DNA of 64,000 nt from Syntrophales bacterium (lineage in GTDB: Bacteria > Desulfobacterota > Syntrophia > Syntrophales > UBA6807), in assembly GCA_040767195.1 (NCBI GenBank), contig JAXGPA010000001.1, forward strand, positions 320,001 through 384,000, written 5' to 3'. The position numbers were made by a program, and so were the translations under genes. Below, one piece after another: positions 25,607-37,083 of the stretch; the first letter of the stretch is position 1, and each line of letters opens with the position of its first letter. A model generated the notes under the pieces. The model was not told the DNA's origin and did not search any database. It worked only from the letters and a program-made list of their open reading frames with translations.

Positions 25607-26683
25607 ATGAAACCAGTTGGCACCCACATCGTCGCCGAATTCCACCAGTGCCGAAAAGAGGTTTTGAACGACCGCCAGGCCCTTGAATCGATCCTGACCC
25701 GCGGGATCCAGGAATGCGGGCTCACTTTTGTTAATATCACGAGCCACTGCTACGACCCCGTCGGCATCACCGTCATCGCCGTGATCAGCGAATCCCACGT
25801 GGCCGTTCACACCTATCCGGAAGCGCGGCATGCCTCCATCGATGTCTTCACCTGTTCGCCCCACAAGGCCATCACGGCAAACCTCCTGGAATACCTGAAA
25901 GAGGCCATGGGCCCCGTGACGACCCGGGTGGCCGAAATCAGCCGGGGAAACCCGCTGGAGATCGCCCAGACGGACTGGATCCTGAACATCGCCGACGCCA
26001 TGGGCTACGATGTCCGGTACCATGTTCGGGAAGTCATCTACTCGAAATTGAGTCCTTATCAGCAGATCGACATCATCGACAACGAGAATTTCGGCCGCAT
26101 GCTTTTCCTGAACCAGGACCTCCAGATCGCCGAGGGCGACGCCCACCTTTACAACGAGAGCCTCGTCGCCCCCCTGGCGGATGGCTCATCCCGCCTGGGA
26201 CACGTGGCCGTCCTGGGAGGGGGGGACGGCGGCACCCTCAGGGAACTGCTGAAATACGGGCCGGAAAAGGTAACCCTGGTGGACATCGACGCGGAAGTTG
26301 TCCAGGCCTCGAAAACCCACCTTCCCATGATCTGCGGGACGGCCTTCGATGATCCCCGGGTCACGGTGGTCCACGAGGATGTCTACCGCTACCTGGACGG
26401 GGAGACGAGGTACGATGCCATCGTGTACGATCTCACCATGAATCCCGAAGCCTTCATCGCCATGGACCGGGAAGACTACCTGGAAGCCTTGTTCCTCAAG
26501 ATCAAGAAGGCCCTCGTCCCCGGAGGCCCGATCACCCTTCAGTGCTGTTCCGCTTACGACGAAAAAACGCTCCGCTTCACCCGGGACATCCTTGGCCGCT
26601 GTTTCAAGAACGCCGAACTGACGAAAAAAACGATTCCCTCCTTCCTGAGCCCCTGGATGTTTGCCAGGGCCCACAACACCTGA
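25607..26683 (+). CDS. S-adenosylmethionine decarboxylase (SpeD-type proenzyme) fused to an aminopropyltransferase
   Basis: N-domain 'GTHIVAEF', 'ISESHVAVHTYPE...IDVFTC' (pyruvoyl ESH); C-domain 'SPYQQI', 'VLGGGDGG', 'LVDID', 'FDDPRV'. Confidence 0.92.
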   Translation: MKPVGTHIVAEFHQCRKEVLNDRQALESILTRGIQECGLTFVNITSHCYDPVGITVIAVISESHVAVHTYPEARHASIDVFTCSPHKAITANLLEYLKEAMGPVTTRVAEISRGNPLEIAQTDWILNIADAMGYDVRYHVREVIYSKLSPYQQIDIIDNENFGRMLFLNQDLQIAEGDAHLYNESLVAPLADGSSRLGHVAVLGGGDGGTLRELLKYGPEKVTLVDIDAEVVQASKTHLPMICGTAFDDPRVTVVHEDVYRYLDGETRYDAIVYDLTMNPEAFIAMDREDYLEALFLKIKKALVPGGPITLQCCSAYDEKTLRFTRDILGRCFKNAELTKKTIPSFLSPWMFARAHNT

Positions 26684-26732
26684 CTGACGTTTCGTGTCCT
26701 CATCCCGGTGGATGGGGCAGGCATACCTCGCG

Positions 26733-26774
26733 AAAAGGCCCGGATGGCGGCGTAACCGCCCCTCCGGGCCTTTT
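26733..26774. terminator. Bidirectional terminator between convergent genes
   Basis: AAAAGGCCCGGA..GGCGG-loop-CCGCC..TCCGGGCCTTTTT. Confidence 0.8.
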
Positions 26775-26840
26775 TCTTCAAAGTCAAAGAAAAGAATATT
26801 TTTCTTGTCCGAATTCCCTTAATAACCGTCTTTTTTCCCG

Positions 26841-27440
26841 TCAGCAGGTCGCTTCCCCGGGGTCCTTGTAGGTGATCTCAATGGGACCGAGCTCGACAAG
26901 CTTGTTGTGCTCCACCTGCCCGTAAAACGCGATGACATCCCGGACCGGACCGGTGATCTCCCCTTTCGCCCGAATCTCGTAATGGTGAAGCGGCGCGTAA
27001 GCCTCCACCCCTTTAGCCTCGGGGTTCAGTTTTTCCTTCGGTTCGTAGCCCGGCTCCATCGTGAGCCCCTGGGGGAGATTTCCGAAGGTTTCCTTCAGTT
27101 CTTTCCCGAAGGACTCGGCAAAGGCCTTGTACTCGAAGGTGAACGAGGCATCGGCGATTCCCCGGACATTCTTGATCTTGATGGATATTTCATCCTTCCG
27201 CTTTAAAAGGGCTTCCTCCAGAAGATCGTGCAGGGCACAGCTGAGGATGACCCGGGCCGTCTTCCCCTTTACCCCGAGAAGGCGGAGAATCTGGCCGAAC
27301 TTCTCCTCGTTCCCCACGTGGTGTTCCTCTCCGAAGATGGCCTCGCCTTCGATCTGGCGCCCCTCGATAAACCCCACAACGAACCCCTTGATGAGATCGA
27401 AGGACCCCTCCACGTACACTTCATAGTATGAACCGAGCAT
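26841..27440 (-). CDS. Hypothetical protein downstream of the antiporter gene
   Basis: 199-aa ORF with genome-typical codon usage, purine-rich RBS region, 27 nt after the antiporter stop. Confidence 0.75.
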   Translation of the reverse strand: MLGSYYEVYVEGSFDLIKGFVVGFIEGRQIEGEAIFGEEHHVGNEEKFGQILRLLGVKGKTARVILSCALHDLLEEALLKRKDEISIKIKNVRGIADASFTFEYKAFAESFGKELKETFGNLPQGLTMEPGYEPKEKLNPEAKGVEAYAPLHHYEIRAKGEITGPVRDVIAFYGQVEHNKLVELGPIEITYKDPGEATC

Positions 27441-27467
27441 ATCCTTTTCCTTTCTTTTCCTTTCGTT

Positions 27468-28982
27468 TTAGAAGAACACGAAGGTGACCAGGATGAAGCA
27501 GGGAATCAGCATGGGAAGAGAGTATTTCAACATGTACCCGAAGAAACTCGGCATGTTCACCCCCGCTTCCTCCGCGATCGATTTTACCATGAAGTTGGGG
27601 GCGTTGCCAATATACGTGTTGGCCCCCATGAAAACGGCCCCCGCCGAGATGGCCTTGAGGTAAGCGATGAACTGGACGTTCGCCGTCGCCGTCCCCGCCG
27701 CCAGCGCCCCGGGCACCATGGCTTCGGTGAGGCCGAGTTTTCCAAGAGCGAGGTTGTAAAAAGTCAGGTAGGTGGGCGCGTTGTCCAGGAAGGACGAGAG
27801 AGTCCCGGCGACCCAGTAGTAGTGGGCCGGGTTTCTGACCACCTCGATGAGCGCCCCCATGGCGCCGTGGGAACCGGCTTTCAGGATGGCCAGGCAGGGG
27901 ATGATGGTCATGAAGATCCCGAAGAAGAGCTTCGCCACTTCCAGGATGGGGAACCAGCTGAACTCGTTGGCCTCCCGAAGCTCCGCTTTCGTCGTCACCA
28001 GGGAGAGGAGGCCCAGGACGACAATCATCACGTCCCTCAGGAGGTTCTGGAATTCCATGTGAACGCCAAGAACATCGAAACTGCCTGGTTTCCAGTAGCC
28101 GCTCATGAGAACCATGCTCACCACGCCACCCAGGAGAAGAAAATTGAGGAGACCGTCGACGCCGAGGGGTTCCTTCTCCAGCGGACCGATTTTCTTGAGC
28201 CGGTCATGTTCCTTTCGGTAGTAATAGGTGTCGAGGCCGAAAAAGAGGGCAAGGAGAATCACGGTCGTGAGAAGCATGTGGGGAAGGATGGCCGTGGTCA
28301 CCCAGAAGAAGGGAACGTTGTGAAGAAAGCCGAGAAACAGGGGCGGGTCGCCCAGCGGCGTCAGGGAGCCCCCGATGTTGGCGACGAGAAAAATGAAAAA
28401 GCAGATCACGTGGACCTTGTTTTCCCGGTTCTTGTTTGCCCGGAGAACAGGCCGGATCATGACCATGGCCGCCCCGGTGGTACCCACCCACGAGGCCATC
28501 ATCGTGCCGATGAGGAGCATGATCGTGTTCACCAGGGGCGTTCCCTTGATGGAACCCCGGACGACGATGCCGCCGGCAATGGTGAAAAGCCCCCACAGGA
28601 GGATAATGAAGGGGATGTAATCGATCAGGTAAATGTGAAGAATGTGATACACGGCCACGTCCCGATAAAAAAGCCAGAAAGGCACGGCGAAGAGGATCGC
28701 CCAGAAAAGGGAGACCTTCCCGAAGTGGTGGTGCCAGAAGTGGGGGACCAGCAGGGGGCAAAGGGCGATGGAAAGGAGAATCCCCACAAAGGGGATGACC
28801 GTCCACACGGGCAGTTCCGTCCCGATGTCATGACCGTGGTGAGCCGCCGCGTCTACCGCCCCGTGGACGGCTTCCGCGGTGCTGGCGAGAGCCGTGGCAG
28901 GGTCAAGCCACTGAAGGACCGAGAGGACGATCAGGGCGATCAGAAAACCGACATACATTCGTGTCTCATTTAAGGGACCCAT
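27468..28982 (-). CDS. Putative Na+/H+ antiporter (IT superfamily)
   Basis: Multi-TM; 'ASWVGTTGA', 'ANIGGSLTPLGDPPLFLGF', 'SSFLDNAPTY', 'GANTYIGNAPNFMV'; RBS GAGGAG before ATG 28982 (start uncertain). Confidence 0.8.
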   Translation of the reverse strand: MGPLNETRMYVGFLIALIVLSVLQWLDPATALASTAEAVHGAVDAAAHHGHDIGTELPVWTVIPFVGILLSIALCPLLVPHFWHHHFGKVSLFWAILFAVPFWLFYRDVAVYHILHIYLIDYIPFIILLWGLFTIAGGIVVRGSIKGTPLVNTIMLLIGTMMASWVGTTGAAMVMIRPVLRANKNRENKVHVICFFIFLVANIGGSLTPLGDPPLFLGFLHNVPFFWVTTAILPHMLLTTVILLALFFGLDTYYYRKEHDRLKKIGPLEKEPLGVDGLLNFLLLGGVVSMVLMSGYWKPGSFDVLGVHMEFQNLLRDVMIVVLGLLSLVTTKAELREANEFSWFPILEVAKLFFGIFMTIIPCLAILKAGSHGAMGALIEVVRNPAHYYWVAGTLSSFLDNAPTYLTFYNLALGKLGLTEAMVPGALAAGTATANVQFIAYLKAISAGAVFMGANTYIGNAPNFMVKSIAEEAGVNMPSFFGYMLKYSLPMLIPCFILVTFVFF

Positions 28983-29005
28983 GGGTACACTCCTCACATC
29001 TATCT

Positions 29006-29044
29006 AAAAAAACAAGCCAAGAAAGAGGCACCTTCTTGGCTTGT
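29006..29044 (-). terminator. Rho-independent terminator after atpC
   Basis: 12-bp stem ACAAGCCAAGAA/TTCTTGGCTTGT with a U-tract on the minus strand. Confidence 0.75.
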
Positions 29045-29110
29045 CCTGTTCGTCATGGCTCAAAGCGGGAAGCGTCGGGGCAAAAGGAATGACGGATTCG
29101 CCGGCTCGTA

Positions 29111-29518
29111 TCAGGCCTTCTCCGCCGCTTTCAGTCGGGCCTCCGCCCAGTCCAACGCGTCTTTCACTTTTTCGTACCCCTCGTCTTCCCGGGAAAGCTT
29201 CGCCAGTTCCTGCTCCGCTTCTTCCCGGCTCTTCCTGGCCTTTTCCTTGTTCACCAGGTCGGCTCGTTCCGCATTGGACAGCAACATGGTCACTTTCCGG
29301 AAGGTCACCTCAACATAGCCCTTGCCGACAGCGTAATATGTTTTTTTACCCTGCTTGTTGAAGTTCATTTCACCGGCATTCACGGTGCTGAGGAGTGGAG
29401 CATGCCCGATCAGTACGCCAAATTCACCGTCACCACCTGGAATCGTCACCATCTCCACCGTGTCGCTGAAGACGAGACGGTCCGGTGTGGCGATTTCCAG
29501 CATCAATTCTTCAGCCAT
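29111..29518 (-). CDS. atpC: ATP synthase F1 epsilon subunit
   Basis: 'LEIATPDR', 'PG.DGEFGVL.GHAP', 'GYVEV'; operon position. Confidence 0.95.
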   Translation of the reverse strand: MAEELMLEIATPDRLVFSDTVEMVTIPGGDGEFGVLIGHAPLLSTVNAGEMNFNKQGKKTYYAVGKGYVEVTFRKVTMLLSNAERADLVNKEKARKSREEAEQELAKLSREDEGYEKVKDALDWAEARLKAAEKA

Positions 29519-29538
29519 TGAACCTTCCTCCGCTTGCC

Positions 29539-31892
<2,354 letters not shown>

Positions 31893-31922
31893 TCAACCTT
31901 CTCCCTGCTCAATTTACCGAAA

Positions 31923-33437
31923 CTACGCAGCCGCGAAAACCGAATCGAATTCCTTCAGGACTTCCCGGAGTTTCTTGTCGAGATCGGCGGTGATCTCCTG
32001 CTTCGTGTCGATTTCCTTCATCACGTCGGCATATTTCGTCGACACGAACTTGAGGAGCTCTTCTTCGTAGGCCTTCAGCCGGGTCACGGGGTATTTGTCG
32101 ACGAAACCGCGGACACCGGCGAAAAGAACGACGACCTCTTCCGCCAGGGACATGGGCCGGTACTGAGGCTGCTTGAGGAGTTCTACGAGCCGGATGCCCC
32201 GGTCGAGCTGAGCTTGGGTCGCCTTGTCCAGGTCGCTTCCGAACTGGGCGAAGGCCGCCAGTTCCCGGTACTGGGCCAGGTCGAGCTTCAATGTACCCGC
32301 CACCTGTTTCATCGCTTTCACCTGGGCGGCGCCGCCGACCCGGGAAACGGAAAGACCGACGTTGATGGCCGGGCGGATACCGGCAAAGAAGAGGCTCGGC
32401 TCCAGGTAGACCTGACCGTCGGTGATGGAGATGACGTTCGTGGGAATGAAGGCGGACACGTCACCGGCCTGGGTTTCAATGATGGGCAGGGCCGTCAGGG
32501 TTCCGGCACCGAGTTCGTCGTTCAGCTTGGCCGCCCGCTCGAGAAGCCGGGAGTGGTTGTAGAAGATGTCTCCGGGGAAGGCTTCCCGTCCCGGGGGACG
32601 GCGAAGGAGCAGGGAGATTTGCCGGTAGGCGACGGCCTGCTTGGAAAGATCGTCATAGATAATGAGGGCGTCCTGCTTGTTGTCCCGGAAATACTCCCCG
32701 ATGGCGCAGCCGGCGAAAGCGGCGATGTACTGCAGTGTTCCGGGGTCGCTGGCGCAGGCGGCGACAACGCAGGTATAGCTCATGGCGTCGTTTTTCCGGA
32801 GGGCCTCGACCACCTGGGCGACGGTGGATTTCTTCTGCCCGATGGCCACATAGATGCACTTGAGCCCCGTTTCTTTCTGCCGGATGATGGCGTCAATACA
32901 GATGGCCGTTTTCCCGATCTGGCGGTCGCCGATGATGAGTTCCCGCTGGCCTCTTCCGATGGGCGTCATGGCATCGATGGACTTGAGCCCCGTATACATG
33001 GGCTGCTTCACCGGCTGGCGGTGAATCACGCCAGGGGCCACCATTTCGATTCTCCTGAACTCGCTGGATTCGATGGGCCCCTTGCCGTCGATGGGGGCGC
33101 CGGTGGCGTCGATGACCCGGCCGAGAACGGCCTCGCCGACGGGAACCTGGGCGATCCGGCCCGTCCTCTTGACAAGGTCACCTTCCTTGATGTGAATGTC
33201 TTCACCGAGAATGGCCACGCCGACATTGTCCCGCTCGAGGTTCAGCACCATGCCGAGAATCCCGCCGGGAAACTCCACCAGTTCCATCGCCATGACGTTT
33301 TCAAGGCCGTAGACCCGGGCGATGCCGTCACCGACGGAGAGGACGGTCCCCACTTCGCTGACATCAAGCTTCTTCTCGTAATCCTTGATCTGCTTGGTGA
33401 TGATCTGGGTTATTTCTTCTGCTTTGATTGCTTCCAT
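31923..33437 (-). CDS. atpA: ATP synthase F1 alpha subunit
   Basis: '[11 protein letters not shown]', 'GDRQIGKT', '[12 protein letters not shown]', '[13 protein letters not shown]'. Confidence 0.99.
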   Translation of the reverse strand: MEAIKAEEITQIITKQIKDYEKKLDVSEVGTVLSVGDGIARVYGLENVMAMELVEFPGGILGMVLNLERDNVGVAILGEDIHIKEGDLVKRTGRIAQVPVGEAVLGRVIDATGAPIDGKGPIESSEFRRIEMVAPGVIHRQPVKQPMYTGLKSIDAMTPIGRGQRELIIGDRQIGKTAICIDAIIRQKETGLKCIYVAIGQKKSTVAQVVEALRKNDAMSYTCVVAACASDPGTLQYIAAFAGCAIGEYFRDNKQDALIIYDDLSKQAVAYRQISLLLRRPPGREAFPGDIFYNHSRLLERAAKLNDELGAGTLTALPIIETQAGDVSAFIPTNVISITDGQVYLEPSLFFAGIRPAINVGLSVSRVGGAAQVKAMKQVAGTLKLDLAQYRELAAFAQFGSDLDKATQAQLDRGIRLVELLKQPQYRPMSLAEEVVVLFAGVRGFVDKYPVTRLKAYEEELLKFVSTKYADVMKEIDTKQEITADLDKKLREVLKEFDSVFAAA

Positions 33438-33440
33438 CCC

Positions 33441-33986
33441 TTATATCTCCTCCCTTAAGAGTTCCCTTATGGTGTTCAGCTGGGCACGGATACTTCCGTC
33501 ATAGAGGGTGTCTCCGACCTTGACGACGATACCCCCGATGAGGGACTGGTCGCGCTCCACGTTCATTTCCACGCTTTTACCGGTCACCTCTTCCATCTTG
33601 GCCTTCAGTTTCTGCTCAAGATCTTCTGAAAGCTTGTAGGCAGAGGTTACCTGGACCCGGACCCGGCCGGAAATCTGGTCCAGCGATTCCTGGAACCAGT
33701 CCTGTATTTCGGCGAGAACGCCTATCCGGCCCTTGTCAATGAGTATTCTCACGAAATTGCGCATGATGGGGGACAAGGCCGCTTTCTCGGCGATCTTGTC
33801 GAGCACGCTCATCTTGTCGGCCTTGGCGAAAACCGGGTTGGTCATGAAGCCCTTCAGGTTGGCGTTTTGCGCGAGAAGATCGTTGAAGCCCTTCAGCTCG
33901 CCGAAGTATTCTTCCGTCTTCCCCTCCTCCCGGGCGATGTCAAAGATCGCTCTGGCGTATCGTTTGGAAATCTCACTCCGTTTCAA
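33441..33986 (-). CDS. atpH: ATP synthase delta subunit
   Basis: 'KRYARA', 'SLIGGIVVKVGD.LYDGSI'. Confidence 0.95.
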   Translation of the reverse strand: MKRSEISKRYARAIFDIAREEGKTEEYFGELKGFNDLLAQNANLKGFMTNPVFAKADKMSVLDKIAEKAALSPIMRNFVRILIDKGRIGVLAEIQDWFQESLDQISGRVRVQVTSAYKLSEDLEQKLKAKMEEVTGKSVEMNVERDQSLIGGIVVKVGDTLYDGSIRAQLNTIRELLREEI

Positions 33987-34600
33987 TTGAGCCTCCCCAT
34001 CCTATCGATAAAATCGGCGACCATGGTGTCATGATCGCTTTTTTTAGACTTTTTCTTCAGGATCGATTCGGCCATCTGGATTGAAAGGGCCACGGCTTCC
34101 TCTCTCAATTCCTTTGTTGCCTTCTTGTACTCGTGGCCGATCCGGGCCTGGGCGTCTTCCTTCATCTTTTGCGCCGATACCTTGGCCTCTTCCAGGATCC
34201 TGACCCGTTCCGCCTCACCCTGGGCCCTGATTGTGGCTGTCAGATCCTCGATCTCCTTGGTGGCCTTGGTGAGTTTCGCCTCGTATTCCTGGAACTTCTT
34301 CTCCGCCTCTTCCTTCATGGCGATGGCGTTTTCCATGGTTTCCCTGATCTGGGCCCTCCGTCCCACGAAGAACCCCTTGATACCTTTGGCGGCGAGTTTG
34401 TAAAGGATCGCCGCCAGAATGACGAAGTTGACGACCCGCCAGACGAAATCCATAAGCTTGCCGCCGCCGTGGCTTTCGGCACCTTCGGCGCCTCCCGAGG
34501 CGCAGGCAACGGCCGCCCAGAAGAGGAGCATCCCCATGGCCGGCAGCACGGTGTAAAGAATAAACTGTTTAGACCGCAGATAACGGATTGTCTCACTCAT
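33983..34600 (-). CDS. atpF: ATP synthase Fo b subunit (with N-terminal extension)
   Basis: TM 'WRVVNFVILAAILYKL' followed by a long charged coiled coil; operon position. Confidence 0.9.
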   Translation of the reverse strand: MSETIRYLRSKQFILYTVLPAMGMLLFWAAVACASGGAEGAESHGGGKLMDFVWRVVNFVILAAILYKLAAKGIKGFFVGRRAQIRETMENAIAMKEEAEKKFQEYEAKLTKATKEIEDLTATIRAQGEAERVRILEEAKVSAQKMKEDAQARIGHEYKKATKELREEAVALSIQMAESILKKKSKKSDHDTMVADFIDRMGRLN

Positions 34601-35025
34601 TGAATGGTCCTCCCCAGCACCTTTTCCGATATCTCCAAGGAAATCTTTTCAGCCTGCGATTTCAGGACCGCCTTGGCTTCCTTCATCTCAGCGTCCATCC
34701 TTGTTTTCAACGCGTCCATCATCGTTGAGATTTCGCCCCTCGCCTGGTCCATGACAACCTTGGCCTCATCGGAGGCTTCCTTCCGGACACCCTCCCTTTC
34801 CGTCATGGCCTGCTGTCTCGCCTGGCGCAGTTTTTCCTCGTAGGCGGCCTCTTTTTCCTTCACGGTCCTGTCGAGAGACGTCACTTCCTCGTCCAGATCC
34901 TGCAGATGCTTCTTCCTTCTTTCCAAAACCCCTAAAACGGGCTTGTACAGGAGAACATTGAGGACGAAGATCATGATCAGGAAATTGACCATCTGGATCC
35001 AAAGAGAACTGTTCAATTCAACCAT
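34597..35025 (-). CDS. ATP synthase Fo b' subunit
   Basis: 'IQMVNFLIMIFVLNVLLYKP', coiled coil, ends 'KVLGR'. Confidence 0.9.
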   Translation of the reverse strand: MVELNSSLWIQMVNFLIMIFVLNVLLYKPVLGVLERRKKHLQDLDEEVTSLDRTVKEKEAAYEEKLRQARQQAMTEREGVRKEASDEAKVVMDQARGEISTMMDALKTRMDAEMKEAKAVLKSQAEKISLEISEKVLGRTIQ

Positions 35026-35064
35026 CGGCTCTCACCCCTTATCTCAATGAAATGCGAACAAGAC

Positions 35065-35096
35065 AAAAAAAAACCGAGTGCGTACACCACTCGGTT
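35065..35096 (-). terminator. Terminator-like hairpin 40 nt upstream of the first atp gene
   Basis: AACCGAGTG-N7-CACTCGGTT with a 9-U tract on the minus strand. Confidence 0.75.
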
Positions 35097-35324
35097 CATT
35101 CTTTGGAGAATACCCTCCTGTCAGGCGCCTGTACCGCCACCTTGTGAAGAACTTCGCCGCTGGATGTGATCTCTGTTGTGCCCACCGTGCAGCCCTTTTG
35201 GGAAGGGATTCCTGAAAACCGGGCACTACTAACCACAACTGCCCCCTGTTGTCAAGCATTTTTTGACCGCCCGTACAGGTGAATTTCGAGGAGAAAACGA
35301 GCGTTCTCCGGCGGGAAAGAGCCG

Positions 35325-35696
35325 TCATTCCTCTTCCCGTTCAGTCCTGTCGGACCCCGTCACCGCCATGTGACATTCCCCGAGGAAGAAAGCCCCTTCC
35401 TGGATCACCAGGACGGGGGTCGTGATGTTTCCGCGGACATGGCCGCTCGTGCAGATTTCGAGGCGTTCTTTCGCATTGAGGGTGCCCCGCACCTCCCCGT
35501 GAATGACCATGCGGTCCACGGCGATGTCCCCTTCGATGCGGGCGCCTTCCCCGATCATCAGGGTTCCCTCCCCGAGAATTTCCCCGTTGAACACCCCTTC
35601 GATTCGTATGGAACCCTTCAGAATCAGCTTGCCCGTGAATTCGGTACCCGTTCCGAGAAAGGCCACCATGTCCCCGTCCGATTTTTTCCCCAGCAT
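35325..35696 (-). CDS. Bactofilin (polymer-forming cytoskeletal protein)
   Basis: 'FLGTGTEFTGKL...GSIRIEG.F.GEI', 'L.IGEGA.IEGDI', 'GNITTP.LVIQEGAFF.G.C.M'. Confidence 0.92.
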   Translation of the reverse strand: MLGKKSDGDMVAFLGTGTEFTGKLILKGSIRIEGVFNGEILGEGTLMIGEGARIEGDIAVDRMVIHGEVRGTLNAKERLEICTSGHVRGNITTPVLVIQEGAFFLGECHMAVTGSDRTEREEE

Positions 35697-35973
35697 CCCC
35701 ACCATGCCTCCTGATATTCTTTTAATTTCGATTAATTCCGCCTCCGCCCGGAAGACTGTCAAAGACTGTCGTCGGACGACCCCTCACGATTCCACTGCGG
35801 GCGGATCACCGGTCATGAATTCGCAGCAGGCCGATGAATGAAATCTTTCCGGCGGCTTCGCAACGTTTGGCCGGGCCGACGTCCCAACCCCTTGGAATAC
35901 GAGTTATTTACCGGCAAGCCCCGACAAACGGGAACGAAGGGCCCCGCCACGGACGACGTCTTTTCCGGAGCTG

Positions 35974-37083
35974 TCACGGCTGAAGAATGAACCTCCTCAT
36001 GCTCACGTTGATGAGAAGCCCGACGCCGGCCATCATGGCAACCAGGGAAGACCCCCCATAGCTGAAAAAGGGAAGAGGGATTCCCACCACGGGAAGAACC
36101 CCGATGACCATGCAGATGTTGATGAAAACCCCCCAGAAAATGAGTGCCGTCACGCCGAAGGCGATGAGCGTGCCGGAGAGATCCCTTGAATTCCGGGCGA
36201 TTCGGACACCCCAGAGGACGAGAAAGAGAAAGAGGGCGAGGAGCACGACAACCCCGGCGAAACCCCATTCCTCGGCAAACACGGAAAATACGAAATCGGT
36301 CTGCTGTTCCGGCAGAAACTTGAGCTGACTCTGGGTCCCCTTGAGGAAGCCCTTCCCCAGCCCCCCCCCGGAACCAATGGCGATAATGGACTGGATGATG
36401 TGATACCCCGTCCCGAGAGGATCTCTCTCGGGATTGAAGAAGGTGAGAATCCTGTCTCTCTGGTATTCTTTGAGGGCAAGCCAGAAAAGAGGCAGAAGGG
36501 TCATTCCCGTGGCGGCGAAAATAAAGAGGGCCTTCCTCTTGACCCCGATGAAAAAAATGATCGAAAAAGAGAGTATGACGAGGAAAAGAGCGGTTCCCAG
36601 GTCCGGCTGCCGGGCAATGAGGAAAACGGGGACGGCGACGAGACCGAGAGGAATGATGAGATTGCGGATTTCGTAAGCCTCCCCGATCTGATTCTCCTTG
36701 ATGTACCGGGTCAGAACGAGGATCAGGCCGATCTTGACGAATTCCGAAGGCTGGAGGGACAGCCCGCCGAGAGAAAGCCAGCGTTGAGACCCGTTGGCGA
36801 TGGTTCCGAAAAACAGCACCAGAAGCAGCAGCACGATGATTCCGCCATAGATCCAGTAGGCGTGGCGGACCATGAAGCGGTAATCGACGGCGGCGGTGAC
36901 GCCCATGAAAACAAGACCCACCCCGAGCCAGTAGAGCTGCTTCATGAAAAGGGGTTTCCCTCCGGCGGAGGTCAGGCTCTGGGCGGCGCTGTAGAGATTG
37001 AGGATTCCTCCCAGGGCGATGAGGAGAACCAGGAAGAGGAGAACCCAGTCGAAGTGGATCAGAAGACGACGGTCGATTTTCAC
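35974..37083 (-). CDS. rodA: Rod shape-determining protein RodA
   Basis: 'SQRW', 'QPSEF.K', 'QPDLGTA', 'YQRDRI', 'GYHIIQS', 'FLPEQQTDF', 'SYGGSS'. Confidence 0.97.
   Translation of the reverse strand: MKIDRRLLIHFDWVLLFLVLLIALGGILNLYSAAQSLTSAGGKPLFMKQLYWLGVGLVFMGVTAAVDYRFMVRHAYWIYGGIIVLLLLVLFFGTIANGSQRWLSLGGLSLQPSEFVKIGLILVLTRYIKENQIGEAYEIRNLIIPLGLVAVPVFLIARQPDLGTALFLVILSFSIIFFIGVKRKALFIFAATGMTLLPLFWLALKEYQRDRILTFFNPERDPLGTGYHIIQSIIAIGSGGGLGKGFLKGTQSQLKFLPEQQTDFVFSVFAEEWGFAGVVVLLALFLFLVLWGVRIARNSRDLSGTLIAFGVTALIFWGVFINICMVIGVLPVVGIPLPFFSYGGSSLVAMMAGVGLLINVSMRRFILQP

Noticed and set aside
35752..35770. Tandem AAGACTGTC direct repeat upstream of bactofilin
   Set aside because: Only two 9-bp copies, overlapping a probable -35 box; not enough to call an operator.
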